From positions 14,570,001-14,634,000 of the forward strand of contig CM022668.1 of the NCBI GenBank assembly GCA_012295275.1: a stretch of DNA of 64,000 nucleotides. The letters run 5' to 3'. This DNA is from Chrysomallon squamiferum (lineage: Eukaryota; Animalia; Mollusca). Positions 1 through 12,780 of the stretch are shown here, piece after piece. The position numbers were made by a program, and so were the translations under genes. Numbering within the stretch: the first letter of the stretch is position 1; the number at the start of each line of letters is the position of its first letter. The notes beneath the pieces were generated by a model that saw nothing but the letters and a program-made list of their open reading frames with translations, had not been told where the DNA came from and searched no databases.

Positions 1-1
1 T

Positions 2-44
<43 letters not shown>

Positions 45-84
45 TTATTTATTTTATATTCATTTTTATTTTTATTTTTTATTA

Positions 85-2685
85 CCGTATATACTTGTGT
101 ACAAGGCGACCTTATGTATAAGTTGATGTGTATTCTAAGACCAAAACTTGCGTCATTTTAGGTATTACTTGTGTATAAGTCGACTGTAGATTCCAGGCAC
201 AGTCACTATTTTTAGACCAGTGTGACAGTGCCATGAAGGCCTACATTGTACGCCTACTGTAACATAACTTGAACGAGCTGTAACTTGCACGAACATATCA
301 TAATAACGTAAATGCATGTATTACACGAGCTATAGCCTAAATGTATCATAAATAGTATCTCTTTAATGTAATAGGTCTAACATGGAGACCTAACTTACAG
401 TTATATTTAGCCGTTCTATGATTTACAAAATGTTACGGCCACAGCCCTAAAATATTGTATATGATGCCAGGCAAACGAAATAAATATACTGCACAATTTA
501 AGCTTGCAGTAATTAGATTTGCTGAAAATTCTAACAATTCTGCTGCTGGACGGGAGTATGGAGTCAGTGAAAAACTTGTTAGGGACTGGAGAAAAATGAC
601 TTAAATTACTTGAAATGCCAAAAGTGAAGTGTACTGACAGAGGCAAAAAGTCAAAACATCCGGAAATAGAAAAGACACGTTTTTAAGTCGGATCAAGCAA
701 GTAGACAAGACGGCTATATAGTTACAAGGGGTGCTATCCGTTTACAAGCACTTAAGTTAGCTAAGAAGACAGGAATTACGGATTTTAAAGCCAGTCCTGG
801 TTGGTGCACGCTGTTCATGAAAAGGCATCATTTAGTCTTAAGAAAAAAAAAAAAATCACCCAGCGCTTACCCAGAGAGCTTGATGATAAAATAACAAGTT
901 TTCACAGATTTGTTATCCGACATAGAGAGAAAAACAAGTATGCTTTGGCATGTATTGGCAACATGGATGAAACGCCAATGACGTTTGACATGCCATCGAA
1001 TAGAACTGTTAACAAGATCGGAGAAAAAACCGTGCTAGTGAAAACGACAGGCCATGAAAAGTCAAAATTCACCGTTATTTTAGGCTGTATGGCAGACGGA
1101 ACAAAGTTAAAACCTATGGTAGTTTTCAAGCGCAAAACTATGCCAAAAGAAAAATTTTCAAAGGGCGTATTAATACACGTACATCCAAAAGGTGGTTGGA
1201 TGAGGCCGGATGCAAGCTCTGGGTTAACCAAGTGTGGAGCAATCGTTCAGGTGGATTACAAAAAGAAAAGTCTTTGTTAGTATGGGACATGTTCAAAGCA
1301 CACCTGGTAGATTCTGTAAAAGAAGCTGTAAGACGAGAAAATACAGATTTGGCAGTCATCCCTGGGGGCCTAACAAGCATTTTACAACCTTTGGATGTCT
1401 CAATAAATAAGCCGTTTAAAGACACTGTTCGGCATTTTTGGAATCAGTGGATGCTAAATGGGGACAAGAAATTCACAAAAGGGGGCAATATGACTAGTTA
1501 CAGTGTGTGAGTGGGTACGTGACGCCTGGCAGCAGTTGGACCCGGCTATAATTGTTAAGGCCTTTCTGAAGTGTGGAATTTCAAATGCACTAGATGGGAC
1601 GGAGGATGACTATTTATGGCGCGAACCCAATGCCCTTGCTGATTCCGTTCAAGAAAATAGTCCCACAGGAGAGGATTCTGGGAATGATGACCCACTTGAC
1701 AGTGACGATGATCTTTATGATGATGCAATTAACACTGGCGGTATTGAAGAGTGGAATGAACTTTCTGGGTCAAGCGATAGTGATGGCGAAAATGACTTTG
1801 AAGGCTTTGAATAAACTTTTTGTTACACTAGATTATAGTATTACCCGGTAAATGTTGGATGTTTTGGAATTAAAATGTTTGTATTGTTGCAGTGTTTCAT
1901 AATTACCGGGATATATAGATCAAGGTCTATTTAAAGGTACGTGTGGATTTCCAGGCATTAGACGTAATTCAGTATTTAGTTAAATTTTGTAGATAAATTC
2001 CAAAAGATGTGTTGCTTTATTATTTATTACCAGTATTTTACATGAACGTGCAATTCAAAGTAAGATAATTTCGGAACCTCAGCAATATTTTTTTCTATTG
2101 AAACTCTGCTACAAGACACGCCCCCGATCCTATTCCTAGCGCGCTAATTGGCCAAGGCTTCGCGCACTTGGCAACCGACTAGAATAACAAATATGGCGAG
2201 AAGTCGAACTGATTTTTGTTGCAGAACGTTTATAGAAATTTAGTTTGTTTTCGATTTGTGGGTAGTGGATATTAATGACGATTGCAATATTATTTCACCA
2301 AATTCTTTACAATTACACAAGTGAGTTTTGTTTATGAAATTAGGACCGATATTTAGTGCAATTTAGCAGAGAAGTCTGCATTCCTAGACCATTGCAAGAC
2401 GCCGTAAGGCATAACGCCGTACTGACGGTTTTCTCGCTTTAAAATGTATTTTTATGTCATTAAACGGAAGAATATCATGTTTTACATTCATATTTGGTTT
2501 TGTTACTTAATTTTTCAAAAATGTTTATACGATAAAATTATATTTTTAAAAAGCTGAAAGACTGCGATTATTTTAGATGACTCTTCAGCAACAGCTACAA
2601 AAGCATTACCTATGTATAAGTCGACCCCCAAAATATTACTTAATATAGTCTCCCAATATTTCAGCTTATACACAAGTATATACGG
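85..2685 (+). mobile_element. pogo-superfamily DNA transposon (DD35D, POGK/Passer-like), full length, non-coding through frameshifts
   Basis: Left end TA|CCGTATATACTTGTGTACAAG (85-105) and right end CTTATACACAAGTATATACGG|TA (2665-2685) are 21-bp inverted repeats with 1 mismatch, flanked by TA (83-84, 2686-2687). Subterminal TGTATAAGTYGA motifs occur near 115, 173 and 2613. A transposase relic lies inside. Confidence 0.92.
461..1814 (+). pseudogene. pogo transposase pseudogene (N-terminal HTH, CENP-B-type HTH, DDE_1 domain, acidic tail)
   Basis: Pieces in shifting frames: MMPGKRNKYTAQFKLAVIRFAE..AAGREYGVSEKLVRDWRK; FKASPGWCTLFMKRH; IGNMDETPMTFD; LLVWDMFKAH; LQPLDVSINKPFK; FLKCGISNALDGTEDD. 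There are 35 residues between catalytic D2 and D3. About five frameshifts (near 600, 680, 850, 1195, 1500). Confidence 0.9.
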
Positions 2686-3000
2686 TATGTTTCTTCGGCC
2701 ATGCACACACCCATAAGACATACGAGTACACAACCACATACAGTTATACAGCGTATAACTAAAACATACTACAATTTACATATATAGAAACAAACATCCT
2801 TTCCTTCAAAAATCCATCAGTATTTTGGTTACACAGAAAGGAAAAGCCTCTGTTTGAAGAATACGTTATTCAGTTACAGAGAAACGAATGCTCCCTTTTT
2901 CTAAAACAGACTAGTAATTTAATTAATTTATAGGAATCCTCTGAGATACTTGCCTTGTCCTGACAGAAAATACAAAACCTCGATTTTGCGCACACACACA

Positions 3001-3205
3001 CTCTCACTCTCACTCACTCACTCACTCACTCACTCACTCACTCACTCACTCACTCACTCACTCACTCACTCACTCACTCTCTCTCTCTCTCTCTCTCACT
3101 CTCTCTCTCTCTCTCTCTCACTCACTCACTCACTCACTCACTCACTCACTCACTCACTCACTCACTCACTCACTCACTCTCTCACTCTCTCTCTCTCTCT
3201 CTCTC
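3001..3205. repeat. compound (TCAC)n/(TC)n microsatellite
   Basis: Directly visible. Confidence 0.95.
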
Positions 3206-3229
3206 CGTTAAACTAAGGATCCGTTTAAC

Positions 3230-5040
3230 TTTATAAAAAATAAATTATGGGTAAATTTATATAACATTTTGACGCACTATCACAGATGGGCCGAACGACA
3301 GAGGGTCACCTCCCCATCTCAATATTTCTGTTGGTCAAAACTGAAACACAAGAAACTTTTTCCAAACATCGACATTTTTGTACGTATTTACTTGTCACTT
3401 CTCGACACAAACTGTTCTGGAGAGAGGTCTTTTTCTGCTGTTAAATGTGATACACTCTGAAATATAAGAAACTCAATAATTTCGCATTAATCCATGTAGA
3501 ATCATCTGTGCTCCGGAAATTCAGTTTTAACAATTTTCTGGATCAGTTTGTTTAAAGTTTGCCGACAATTTGCTTTGTTTTCTTGTATACCTAGATACCT
3601 GTGTAATCATATCTGTATTTACTTTTACAGTACAGTACCAGTGTTTGATATCGCTTTACTTCATGCTAATTAAAGTTTGTCTCAAAAAATATTATTTTTT
3701 GTTACTCCATTAATAGTGTAATCCAGCTTAAAAGAATTAGCTCTTTGAAAGTTACGTCAATAACAGAGTTAGTAGTACCTAATCTTCAGTGACAAAATTT
3801 ATCAGTTAAACACTATTTGTCTTTTATTGTGTCTGTACCAACAACAGGCAGCCACAATATAACAGTATTAATTAGAGCTCCACATTTTACTGGAAATGAG
3901 AATTACAAAAAATACCCTATTTCTTACTTAGAATCAGAATATCTAATATTACTTCCTTATATGGTTATGATTAATACTTTAAATAGAGTAAATAGGAGAT
4001 ACGAGGGAACTTTACAATATTTTATTATTGCACACATTTGCAATCTGTTATTACTGGAGTAAGATTTTCTGTGCGAGGGGGAGGGTGAGCTATTTTACTG
4101 CGACTTTCTCTTTTTTCTTCTTTTGTAATCAACGCCACTGAGCGCAAATACATAAAGCATCCCTTCATTGTCATATTCTTAGTACTAACACACTGTTTGT
4201 GAGAAATGCTGTCACCTCATGAACAGAAGTGACTTATGATCCTGAATATTCAACCTTTTCCTTTTTCTCTCTGTGTTAAATGTTAATTCTATGTACACGG
4301 CATACGCTTCATGTATTTAACTTTACAGTACACTAATAATATTTTGATGTGCCTTTCTTTCATGCGCATCAGTGTAATTAATTTATAGGAATTGATACGA
4401 GAGACACTAAGGGTGAGTTAATCTACATAAAAAAATATTAAAAACGTGATGGGTCAATTTATGCGAAATTTTGACATTTAGTCAGAGTTACCAGCCGATC
4501 TTAAACTGTTAAAAATAAATGCAAGGAACGTTTCCAAAAATGTATATCTTTTCCCCTATTTGCTTGTCACTTCTCGATACAAACTGTTCTGGAGAGATGT
4601 TTTTTTTCTGCTCTGAAACAGTTACCTGTGGTCCACTGTGAAAGATGAAAAGCACATTAATTTGGCATTAATGGATATATAATCATATGTCCTCTGGAAA
4701 TTAAATCTTAACAATATTTTGGATCAATTTGTTGAAACGTTAACGAGATAAATGTTTAAGTACCTAGATACCTTTGTAGAAATATGTGTATTTAACTTTA
4801 CAGTACACTACCGATATTTTGATGTGCCTTTCTTTCATGCTAATTAAAGGTTTCTGATAAGATGATATTATTTTCTTTATTACTCAAATAATTACTTGAT
4901 GTATAATATTATTGCAATACATTGCACGAAAGGAGAGTTTGAAATTGGCGCGGAGGGGCGGTCGAGGATGATCAGTGCCAAAAAAAGCTCGAAGCGTAAG
5001 GATAATACGGCACTGTAACTTGCAGACCTTTATCTCAAGC
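3230..5040 (+). repeat. two degenerate hAT-transposase C-terminal relics within the composite repeat
   Basis: ORF 3269-3460 reads LFPNIDIFVRIYLSLLDTNCSGERSFSA, typical of the hAT dimerisation domain. A second copy is at ~4510-4760. Confidence 0.75.
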
Positions 5041-5718
5041 AACAATGAGCACTGCTCTGTCATATGAAAAGTGAACACGTTGATTACATCAGTGCTGCTT
5101 TGTGAGCTGAAGACAGTTTAACATACGTGATGTGTCTTCTGGCCCTGTATCTTTCTGCTTTTAGCAGATTCCTGACAGTACTGTAGAACATAGCTGTCCC
5201 TGGTAACCACTGCTGTTTTAAAGATATTCTTGTGTTCCCTGAAAGGAATCTAGCAAGACTCAGCTATGCTCTGTACTCTCTTATTGTCGTCTTCCGGGCT
5301 CTGCCAGCTCTTGGACGATCTTTAACATCAGTGACAGCCCTGTCTTTGTTCAACAGTCTTGAAATGATGGAAATACTGCGCACATATTGAAGTCCAATAT
5401 GGCTGATGGACTTTCCTGCTTTTCTTATGTCAATAGTCTGACACTTTGTACACTCTGACAATTTTGATATTTATGATACTGACTATTCAGTGCAAACTGA
5501 CAGGAATGAGTATGACATATAATTATTACCAACCAGATTTCAACGATGACATTTCACGAGCACTGCTTGTTGTTATAAGTGCATTAAGTACCTCCAGGAA
5601 AGTAATATTATTCAGCAAGATGCCACGTCAATACATTATTGAGGAAAAACGCGCTGTTTTATTAATTCACACAATCACAGGTCTGTGAATTGGGTATTGC
5701 TTAGTTTTTTCCCTGATG
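5040..5718 (-). mobile_element. Tc1/mariner transposon 5' fragment
   Basis: The minus strand reads ISRLLNK..VKDRPRAGRARKTTIREYRA then STVRNLLKAERYRARRH..LSSAHKAA (Tc1 paired-like HTH, GRPR-like linker, second HTH). Probable left end is TA|CATCAGGGAAAAAACTAAGCAATACCC at 5718. No right TIR seen. Confidence 0.75.
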
Positions 5719-5870
5719 TACAGATAGAAAGATAGGTTTGAAGATATATAGCAAGAAAAACACAAACATTCATTCATTCATTTACACATTTATACATCTA
5801 TTCGTTCATAGATAGACGGATATAATTATATACAGAGACAAAAACTTACACTTTCCTAATTTTGTTCTAG

Positions 5871-5920
5871 ATTTGGAAAATATTCCAGTTTCTGAATTAG
5901 CGAAGTGTTTTGAACAAAAG
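5871..5920 (+). CDS. GIMAP copy 1, internal exon A (50 nt, phase 1 to 0)
   Basis: ttttgttctag|ATTTGG...CAAAAG|gtgagc; translates (D)LENIPVSELAKCFEQK. Same length and frame in the paralog at 60912-60961. Confidence 0.7.
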
Positions 5921-6297
5921 GTGAGCATCAATAAATCACTACTTTACTTATTTACCTAATAACAGATTTAAAAAAATAATAATAATAATTCGTGTCTGAA
6001 CAAAATGCTAAGAATAAGTGGGATAAATAAGCAAATAGACAGATAGATAGATACATAGATAGATGGATAGATAGATAAGCAACAAATGAATGAATAATTA
6101 TTTCAAGACACCACCGCTTTCGAATAAGAAAATAAATAAAATCTTATATTTATAAAGTTATATCACATAATACGTGCAGGTATGCGTACACACATATGTA
6201 CACAAATTCAATCAAAAACACATATACAGTAATTTTGCAATAAAATTTTGACTTTCGTTTTATATGTTCATTTTACCTTTCTCTTTAAAAGTTTCAG

Positions 6298-6409
6298 TCT
6301 ACCGCTCCAGTACATACGAAGCCAGCAAAAGAAGAAACCCAGCCATTAAAAGAAGTCGGACCATTAGAACAAGTGCAGCCAAGATTTGTTCAAGATTCGT
6401 CGATGACTG
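6298..6409 (+). CDS. GIMAP copy 1, exon B (112 nt, phase 0 to 1), Pro/Gln/Glu-rich linker
   Basis: gtttcag|TCTACC...ATGACTG|gtatgt; translates STAPVHTKPAKEETQPLKEVGPLEQVQPRFVQDSSMT. Phases fit exon A and the GTPase exon. An alternative in-frame AG lies 6 nt upstream. Confidence 0.72.
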
Positions 6410-6584
6410 GTATGTGTATCAAAGTTTGCAAATACTGGTCATTCAAGAAGTATTTTTCAGTAATACGCAAATTCATTAATACTGTAACGTCGTTATCTAG
6501 TATACATTTGGTAACAGTTTACTACACGCTGTTACTGATGTCGCAGTACGAGTACTAAAAGTATCAGCAGTTGTATTAATTAAA

Positions 6585-6900
6585 CCTGTGGTTATAGTAA
6601 CATTAGTAGGACTGGGAGTAGTAGTGGTAGAGATAATAGAAATAGAAGTGGAAGAGAGAGCAGTTATAATGCTTGTAGAGACAGCGGTAATATTAGTTGT
6701 AGAGATAGTAATAATAGTGGTTATAGAGAGAGTTTTAATAATAGTTTTTGTAGAGAGAGTAGTAATAACAGTTGTAGAGAGAGTGATAGCAGTGGATGTG
6801 ATGCAATTGTTATACTAGTAACAGTGGTTTGAGAGGGAGTAAAAGTAGAGAGAGATTACTGTGATACTAGTTCTGATATTGTGATAGTAGTGGTTAAATT
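6585..6900. repeat. degenerate ~24-bp minisatellite (GTAGAGAGAGTAGTAATAGCAGTT-like) in GIMAP intron
   Basis: Periodic GTAGAGAGAG/TAATA motif. Related tracts at ~9415-9620, 41170-41285 and 59640-60040. Confidence 0.8.
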
Positions 6901-7157
6901 AATGCAAATGATCATAATGATCATAATGATGATTATTTAATTTTGTCAGCATCAATAACAAGAAAAACGAGAAAGCGAAAATAATACTTATACCGATAGA
7001 CAGGCTGACAGATATATAATTAAGTACACAAGAAATAATGATGATAATCGTAATCATTTATGTTATTAAAATATTAATCAAAGAATAAGAACAACAAGAA
7101 GAAGATAAAAATAATGTCTTCAAGTTTTCACAATGAGTGTATTTGATATTCTTTCAG

Positions 7158-8365
7158 ATTCGGTTACTAAGAATGAACTACGGCTTGTTTTGATTGGGAT
7201 TACTGGCTCAGGAAAAAGTGCGTCAGCAAATACCATCCTAGGAGAGAAATGTTTTCATTCTGAAGCAAGTGCTTCTTCAGTTACTGCAGAGTGCAAGGCA
7301 GCAAACAAAACTCGATTTGATCAGAATATTGTCATCGTTGATACACCAGGAGCATTCGACACTGTTCGTTCACAAGGAGAGATTACGAGAGAAATCATCC
7401 AGTGTATAACGATGAGTGCTCCAGGACCACATGCTTTCATCATGGTTATGCAGGCAAAGAGGTTTACTGAGGAAGAACAAAATACAGTTCAATACTTACA
7501 GCAAGTATTTGGAGATAAATTATATGATTACCTGTTCTTGCTGTTCACCCGAGTAGACGATCTTGAACACGACGGAAAAAATCTGGAAGGTTTTCTGTCT
7601 ACGGCACCAAAAAACCTAGAAGAATTAATCGACAAATGTGGAAGAAGATATATCGGATTCAACAATCACGAAAATGATCAGAATACGAAAGAAAAAATGG
7701 TTCTTCAGCTGATCAACATGATAAAAGAAAACGTGGACAAAAACAATGGCGATTGTTATAAATCGGAATTATTGAAAGTAGCTGAAAGGGAAGTACAAAA
7801 GCGTGAACAAGAAATTATGAAAAAGAAAGAAAAAGAAATGCAAGAGGAGCGAGAAAAAATTGTGAAAGAATTCAAGGAAGAAATGGAAAAAACTCAAAAA
7901 GAAGCCAAAGAACGCGAGGAGAGAATAATGAAGGAGAAAGAAGAAGAGATGAGAAAACGCGAAGAGGAAATAAAGAAAGAGAAAGAAGAAGAAATGAGAA
8001 AACTGCAACAGAGAGTAATGGAGGAGAAAGCGAGAGAACGAGAACTGCAAAGAATAGAAAAGCAGTATCAGGAAGAACTTAGGAGACAAATGGAAGAAAT
8101 GGAAGAGGAGCAGGAGATGATTAGGATGAGGGAAAAACTTAGACTGGAGGAATTAGAAAAAGAAAGACAAAGAAAAGAAAAAGAGGCACTCAAAGCAAAA
8201 GAAGAAGAAATTAGAAGACAGACAAGAAATCAAGTTAGAAAAGAGGCAGAAACAAACCAAACTTTCCTGGGTGCTGTTGGAAATGCTATTGAAAACACCG
8301 TTGTAGGTGCAGCTTCTGCTATAGGCGGAGGGGTTACATTTGTATGGAAATCTATTTTTGGGTAA
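7158..8365 (+). CDS. GIMAP: GTPase IMAP family member (GIMAP/AIG1-type GTPase) copy 1, terminal exon: G domain, E/K/R coiled coil, hydrophobic tail
   Basis: G1 GITGSGKS, G2 SVT, G3 DTPG, conserved box PGPHAFIMV..KRFTEEE, G4 TRVDD, G5 FNN. Acceptor ttctttcag| at 7157. Open to TAA at 8363-8365. Confidence 0.93.
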
Positions 8366-8816
8366 ATAAGCCCCAGTAAGATGTCAGACATAAAATATAA
8401 AATAACAGAAAATAATCTAATAATATTTTTTTTATTAAAGAGAACGAAAAACTAACTACTGAACTGAATATTAACTTTGTCATAAATATTGTAAAAGATT
8501 CGGTTTTTTATTTGTGTTGAAAAAAACATTAATAGATGTTAATTTAATCTTATATATTTGAACATCAAATTCTAATTGTTTTGTTTTGTTTTGTTTTGTT
8601 TCTTAGCATTGTAAATATATCTTATCTATGGAACAAACAATCTTAAAAGAAAATAATTCAAACGGTTTTGATAAACATTGTGTTACAAACATTAATCTAT
8701 ATAGTGCTTACTCAATGCAGGTTTGGACCAATTTATTTAGTAAATTTCTATAACTTGGTGTGTATATTTATATTTATTTACCACTATTGTACAGTTATTA
8801 TTATTTATCGCATGAC

Positions 8817-8819
<3 letters not shown>

Positions 8820-8862
<43 letters not shown>

Positions 8863-8970
8863 CTTCGCATGATTATTATTATTATTATCGCTATAGTTAC
8901 TATTATTATAATTTTTACAGCTACTACTACTACTATTATTGTAATTATTATTTTTATTATTACTACTCGC
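8820..8970. repeat. (TAT)n/(TAC)n low-complexity tract
   Basis: Directly visible. Confidence 0.9.
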
Positions 8971-9293
8971 TCTAATAGTATTATTGTAACTGTAGACAAT
9001 ATATGTTTCTTAATATATAATTAACCAATTTTTTTTCTGTATCATTTAAGAATGAAAATAAAATTAGCTGTTTAATATTTAAAACTGAAATACATTTTTT
9101 CGTTCTTTATCAGTAAAACGAGACAGATCGATGGAAACAGGAAGAAAGAGACAAAGATGGAACGGAGATTAGATTTTATGAACAAAATTATTTAAAATGT
9201 TATACTTATATAAGCTGTATCTGAAATATAAATAGAATTTATATTTATACTAAGATCCTGTTTTCAGGCTATTTTATTATATTCCGTAAACCT

Positions 9294-9295
<2 letters not shown>

Positions 9296-9388
<93 letters not shown>
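9296..9388. repeat. (AG)n microsatellite
   Basis: Directly visible. Confidence 0.97.
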
Positions 9389-9392
<4 letters not shown>

Positions 9393-9659
9393 GGAGAAAG
9401 TAAATGGTTTTACAGCCACTACTACCTTTCTCTCTACCACTACTATTCTTAACTCTCAACAAAACTACTGTTGCTGTTCTGTCTACAACTATTATTAATA
9501 CACCCTCTACAGCTACTATTAACTGATGTCTATACAGCTTCTATAACTGTTCTCTATATAGCTACTACTACTATTCGTTCTACAGGTAATATTACTACTA
9601 CATACAGCTACTATTACTACTATTACTATAACTACAGGTTTATGATTATGATTATGATT

Positions 9660-12600
9660 ATTATAATTTCTTGTTGTCATTAAGGAATGTCTGATATGTG
9701 CAGTGAATATTTGTGTCTGTTTAATGTATAATTAACCATTTTTTATTTTGCTATCAATTATGAAACAAAACAAAATTAGTCCTTATTGAAACTGCAGAAT
9801 TTTTTTAATATTAAAAACGAGATAATTGATGGAAACAAGGGAAAGAAATAAACACAAAAGAGGGCAATCATCCATACATCTTATCTATCTATATAAACAG
9901 AGACAGAAAGAGACATTAACCGGATTATTATTCACAATATGTAGTTTTATAATATCATACATATAGTAAAAACATCAAACTGACAATGATTAGTGAAAAA
10001 TACAACTGTCTTACAGTGTGGTTACTCTATTTCAGTCTTCAGCAAAGGATCTTTCCTCTCCAGTTTTTCATTAACAGAAAGAATATTTGTTTCTTAAAGT
10101 GTTTATAGACCAACATAAGATCAGTGAAACAAAAGCCACTCCTGAATAGCTATCAAAATTAAACTGAATGAGACAGAAAGACATAAAAATTGGATGTGAG
10201 AAATGTTTATCATTTGAAAAGTTATATAACTGGTATATCACATCTAACTCATGCACATTAATATTACAAAATATGAAGGTAAATGAATCAGAAACATAAA
10301 CTTTTGATTATCTGTATTTTACACCAAAATCAATAAATCAGTGCTAATTATTCTGTAAGTCCTAGAGGCAAATATGTATGCAGATAAACAGTGAGACAAC
10401 TTTTTGCAATAACAAACAAGAATACATTACTATACACCTATGTAAACAGAAACAAAAACAACAATAATAATAGTATAATAGTAATAAAAATACTCCCACT
10501 AGATATCACAATCATAGCAAAAGCAACAACAACTACATTAGCAGCAGCAACAACAACAAAACTAATCAAACTCCAGCAAAGGAAACAAAACTAACGATGA
10601 GGTTTAGGGAGAATGAAAATAACAAACTTAGATTACCTCCCATGAATTAAAGAATCCTAGGTATTTAATTTCACCTTTTCAGTTGGGGCACATTTATTAT
10701 TATTATTGTGGTTGTTGTTCTTGTTTATTGTTAACATTAAGTAATGTCTGGTAACTGCAGTGAATATTTGTATGTTTAATGTATAATTAACCAGTTTTTG
10801 TTTCGGGATCATTGATAAAAGAAAGCAAAATTAGTCCTTATTGGAACTGCTGAAATATTTTTAATATAATTGTGATGGATATTGTATGGTTTTGCAGAAT
10901 CATTAATATAGTATAAACTACCATGATTAGTGAAAAATTCAAGTTTCTTTCTGTGTGCCTTCTCTATTTCAGTCTTCAGCAAAGGAGTATGCTAATAAGT
11001 ATGCAGATAAGAGGGAAATCATCTGTCTATCTATATATCTATATAAACAGAATCATACGTATAGTTAAAACATCAAACTGACAATGATTAGTGAAAAATA
11101 TAAATGTCTTACTGTGTGGTTACTCTATTTCAGTCTTCAGCAAAGGATCTTTTCTCTCCATCTTTTCATTACCAGAAAGAATATTTGTTTCTTAAAGTGT
11201 TTATAGACCAACATAAGATCAGTGAAACAAAAGCCACTCCTGGAAAAAGATCAAAATGAAACTGAATGAGACAGAAAGACATAAACATTGACAGTGGATG
11301 TGAGAAATGTTTATCATTTGAAAAGTTGTATAACTGTTATACCAATCTAACCCATACACTTTAATATTACAAAATATAAAGGTAAATGAATCAGAAATAT
11401 AAAGTATTGGTTATCTGTATTATACACCTAAATCAATAACTGATTGCTAATTGTTTTGTAAATCCAAGTGGCAAATAAGTATGCAGATAAACAGTGAGAC
11501 ACGTTTTTATAATAAGAATCAAGAATACATTACTATATATGTGTTTAGACACAAACAAAAAACAACCATAAGAATAGCATAATAATAATAATAAAAGTAC
11601 TCCTGCTAAATATCACTGTCATTACCCACAACAACAACAATTACACTAGCACCAGCAACAATAACAAAACTAATCAAACTCCAGCAATGAAAGAAAACTA
11701 ACTTGATGATGATTAGGCAGAATGAAAATAACAAACTCAGATTACCTCCCATGGATTAAACACTCCCAGGAATTTAATTTCACACTCCTAGTTGGAGAAC
11801 ATTTATTATTATTATTGTTGTTTTTGTTCTTCTTGTTTTTGTAGTTATTGCTTTGTTTTTGTTGTTATTTATTTTTATTAACATCATTATTGTTTTCATT
11901 ATTTATTATTTTTATTATTATTATTATTTTTATTTTTATTATTATTATTATTATTATTATCATTTGTTGTCATTAGGTAATGTCTGGTAACTGCAGTGAA
12001 TATTTGCGTCTGTTTAATGTAGAATTAACCATTTTTTGTTTCGGTATCTTTTATGAAACAAACCAAAATCAGTCATTATTGAAACTGCCGAGATATTTTT
12101 AATAATTGATGGAAACAGGGGAAAGAAAGAAACACATTAAGACGGAGGTCATTCATATATCTATCTGGCTATCTATATATCTATATATATACAGAGACAG
12201 AAAGAAATTTTTATCTAATTATGGTTTATAATGTATGGTTTTATAGGATCATAAATATAGTAAAAAGATCAAACTGATGATTTGTGAAAAAATATAATGT
12301 CTTACAGTGGATTTACTCTCATTCAGTCTTGAGCAAAGGATCTTTTCTCTGCAGATTTTCATTAACAGAAAGAATATTTGTTTCTTAAAGTGTTTATAGA
12401 CCAACATCAGTGAAACAAAAGCCACTCCTGAAAAAACATCAAAATTAAATTGAATGAGACAGAAAGATTGACAGTGGAGAAAAGCAATGTTTATGATTTA
12501 AAAAGTTATACATCTCGGTACATAGAGCACAGCATATATTATAGATGCACATTAATGTTATAGAATACAAAAATTAATGAATAAGAAACATAAGCTTTTG

Positions 12601-12745
12601 ATTATCTGAATTATAAATCAATAAATCAATGCTAATTATTTTGTAAATATTAATCTACATAAATAGTGAGACAGGCTACTGTAATAAAGAAACAAGATTA
12701 GATTACTACATATATTATATGTGTGTGTAGAAACAAACAACAACA

Positions 12746-12778
<33 letters not shown>

Positions 12779-12780
12779 TA
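9660..12780 (-). repeat. ~1.1-1.2 kb tandem satellite, about 3 units, reverse-complement of the 45.4-55 kb array
   Basis: Marker CAGTGAATATTTG at ~9701, 10758, 11994; marker CAGTGAAACAAAAGCCACTCCTG at ~10121, 11220, 12407. Confidence 0.88.

Noticed and set aside
6588-6818. Val/Ile/Glu/Arg repeat ORFs here and at 59671-60070
   Set aside because: Translations of the intronic 24-bp minisatellite.
7133-7157. ATG 7133 as the GIMAP start (MSVFDILS)
   Set aside because: It overlaps the polypyrimidine tract and acceptor; the ATG is not conserved in copy 3 (TTG) or copy 2, whereas tttcag| is, and phase-compatible upstream exons exist.
7769-8089. Phe/Leu-rich antisense ORF, and similar ORFs at 41031-41306 and 55707-56336
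   Set aside because: Shadow frames of the GIMAP exons.
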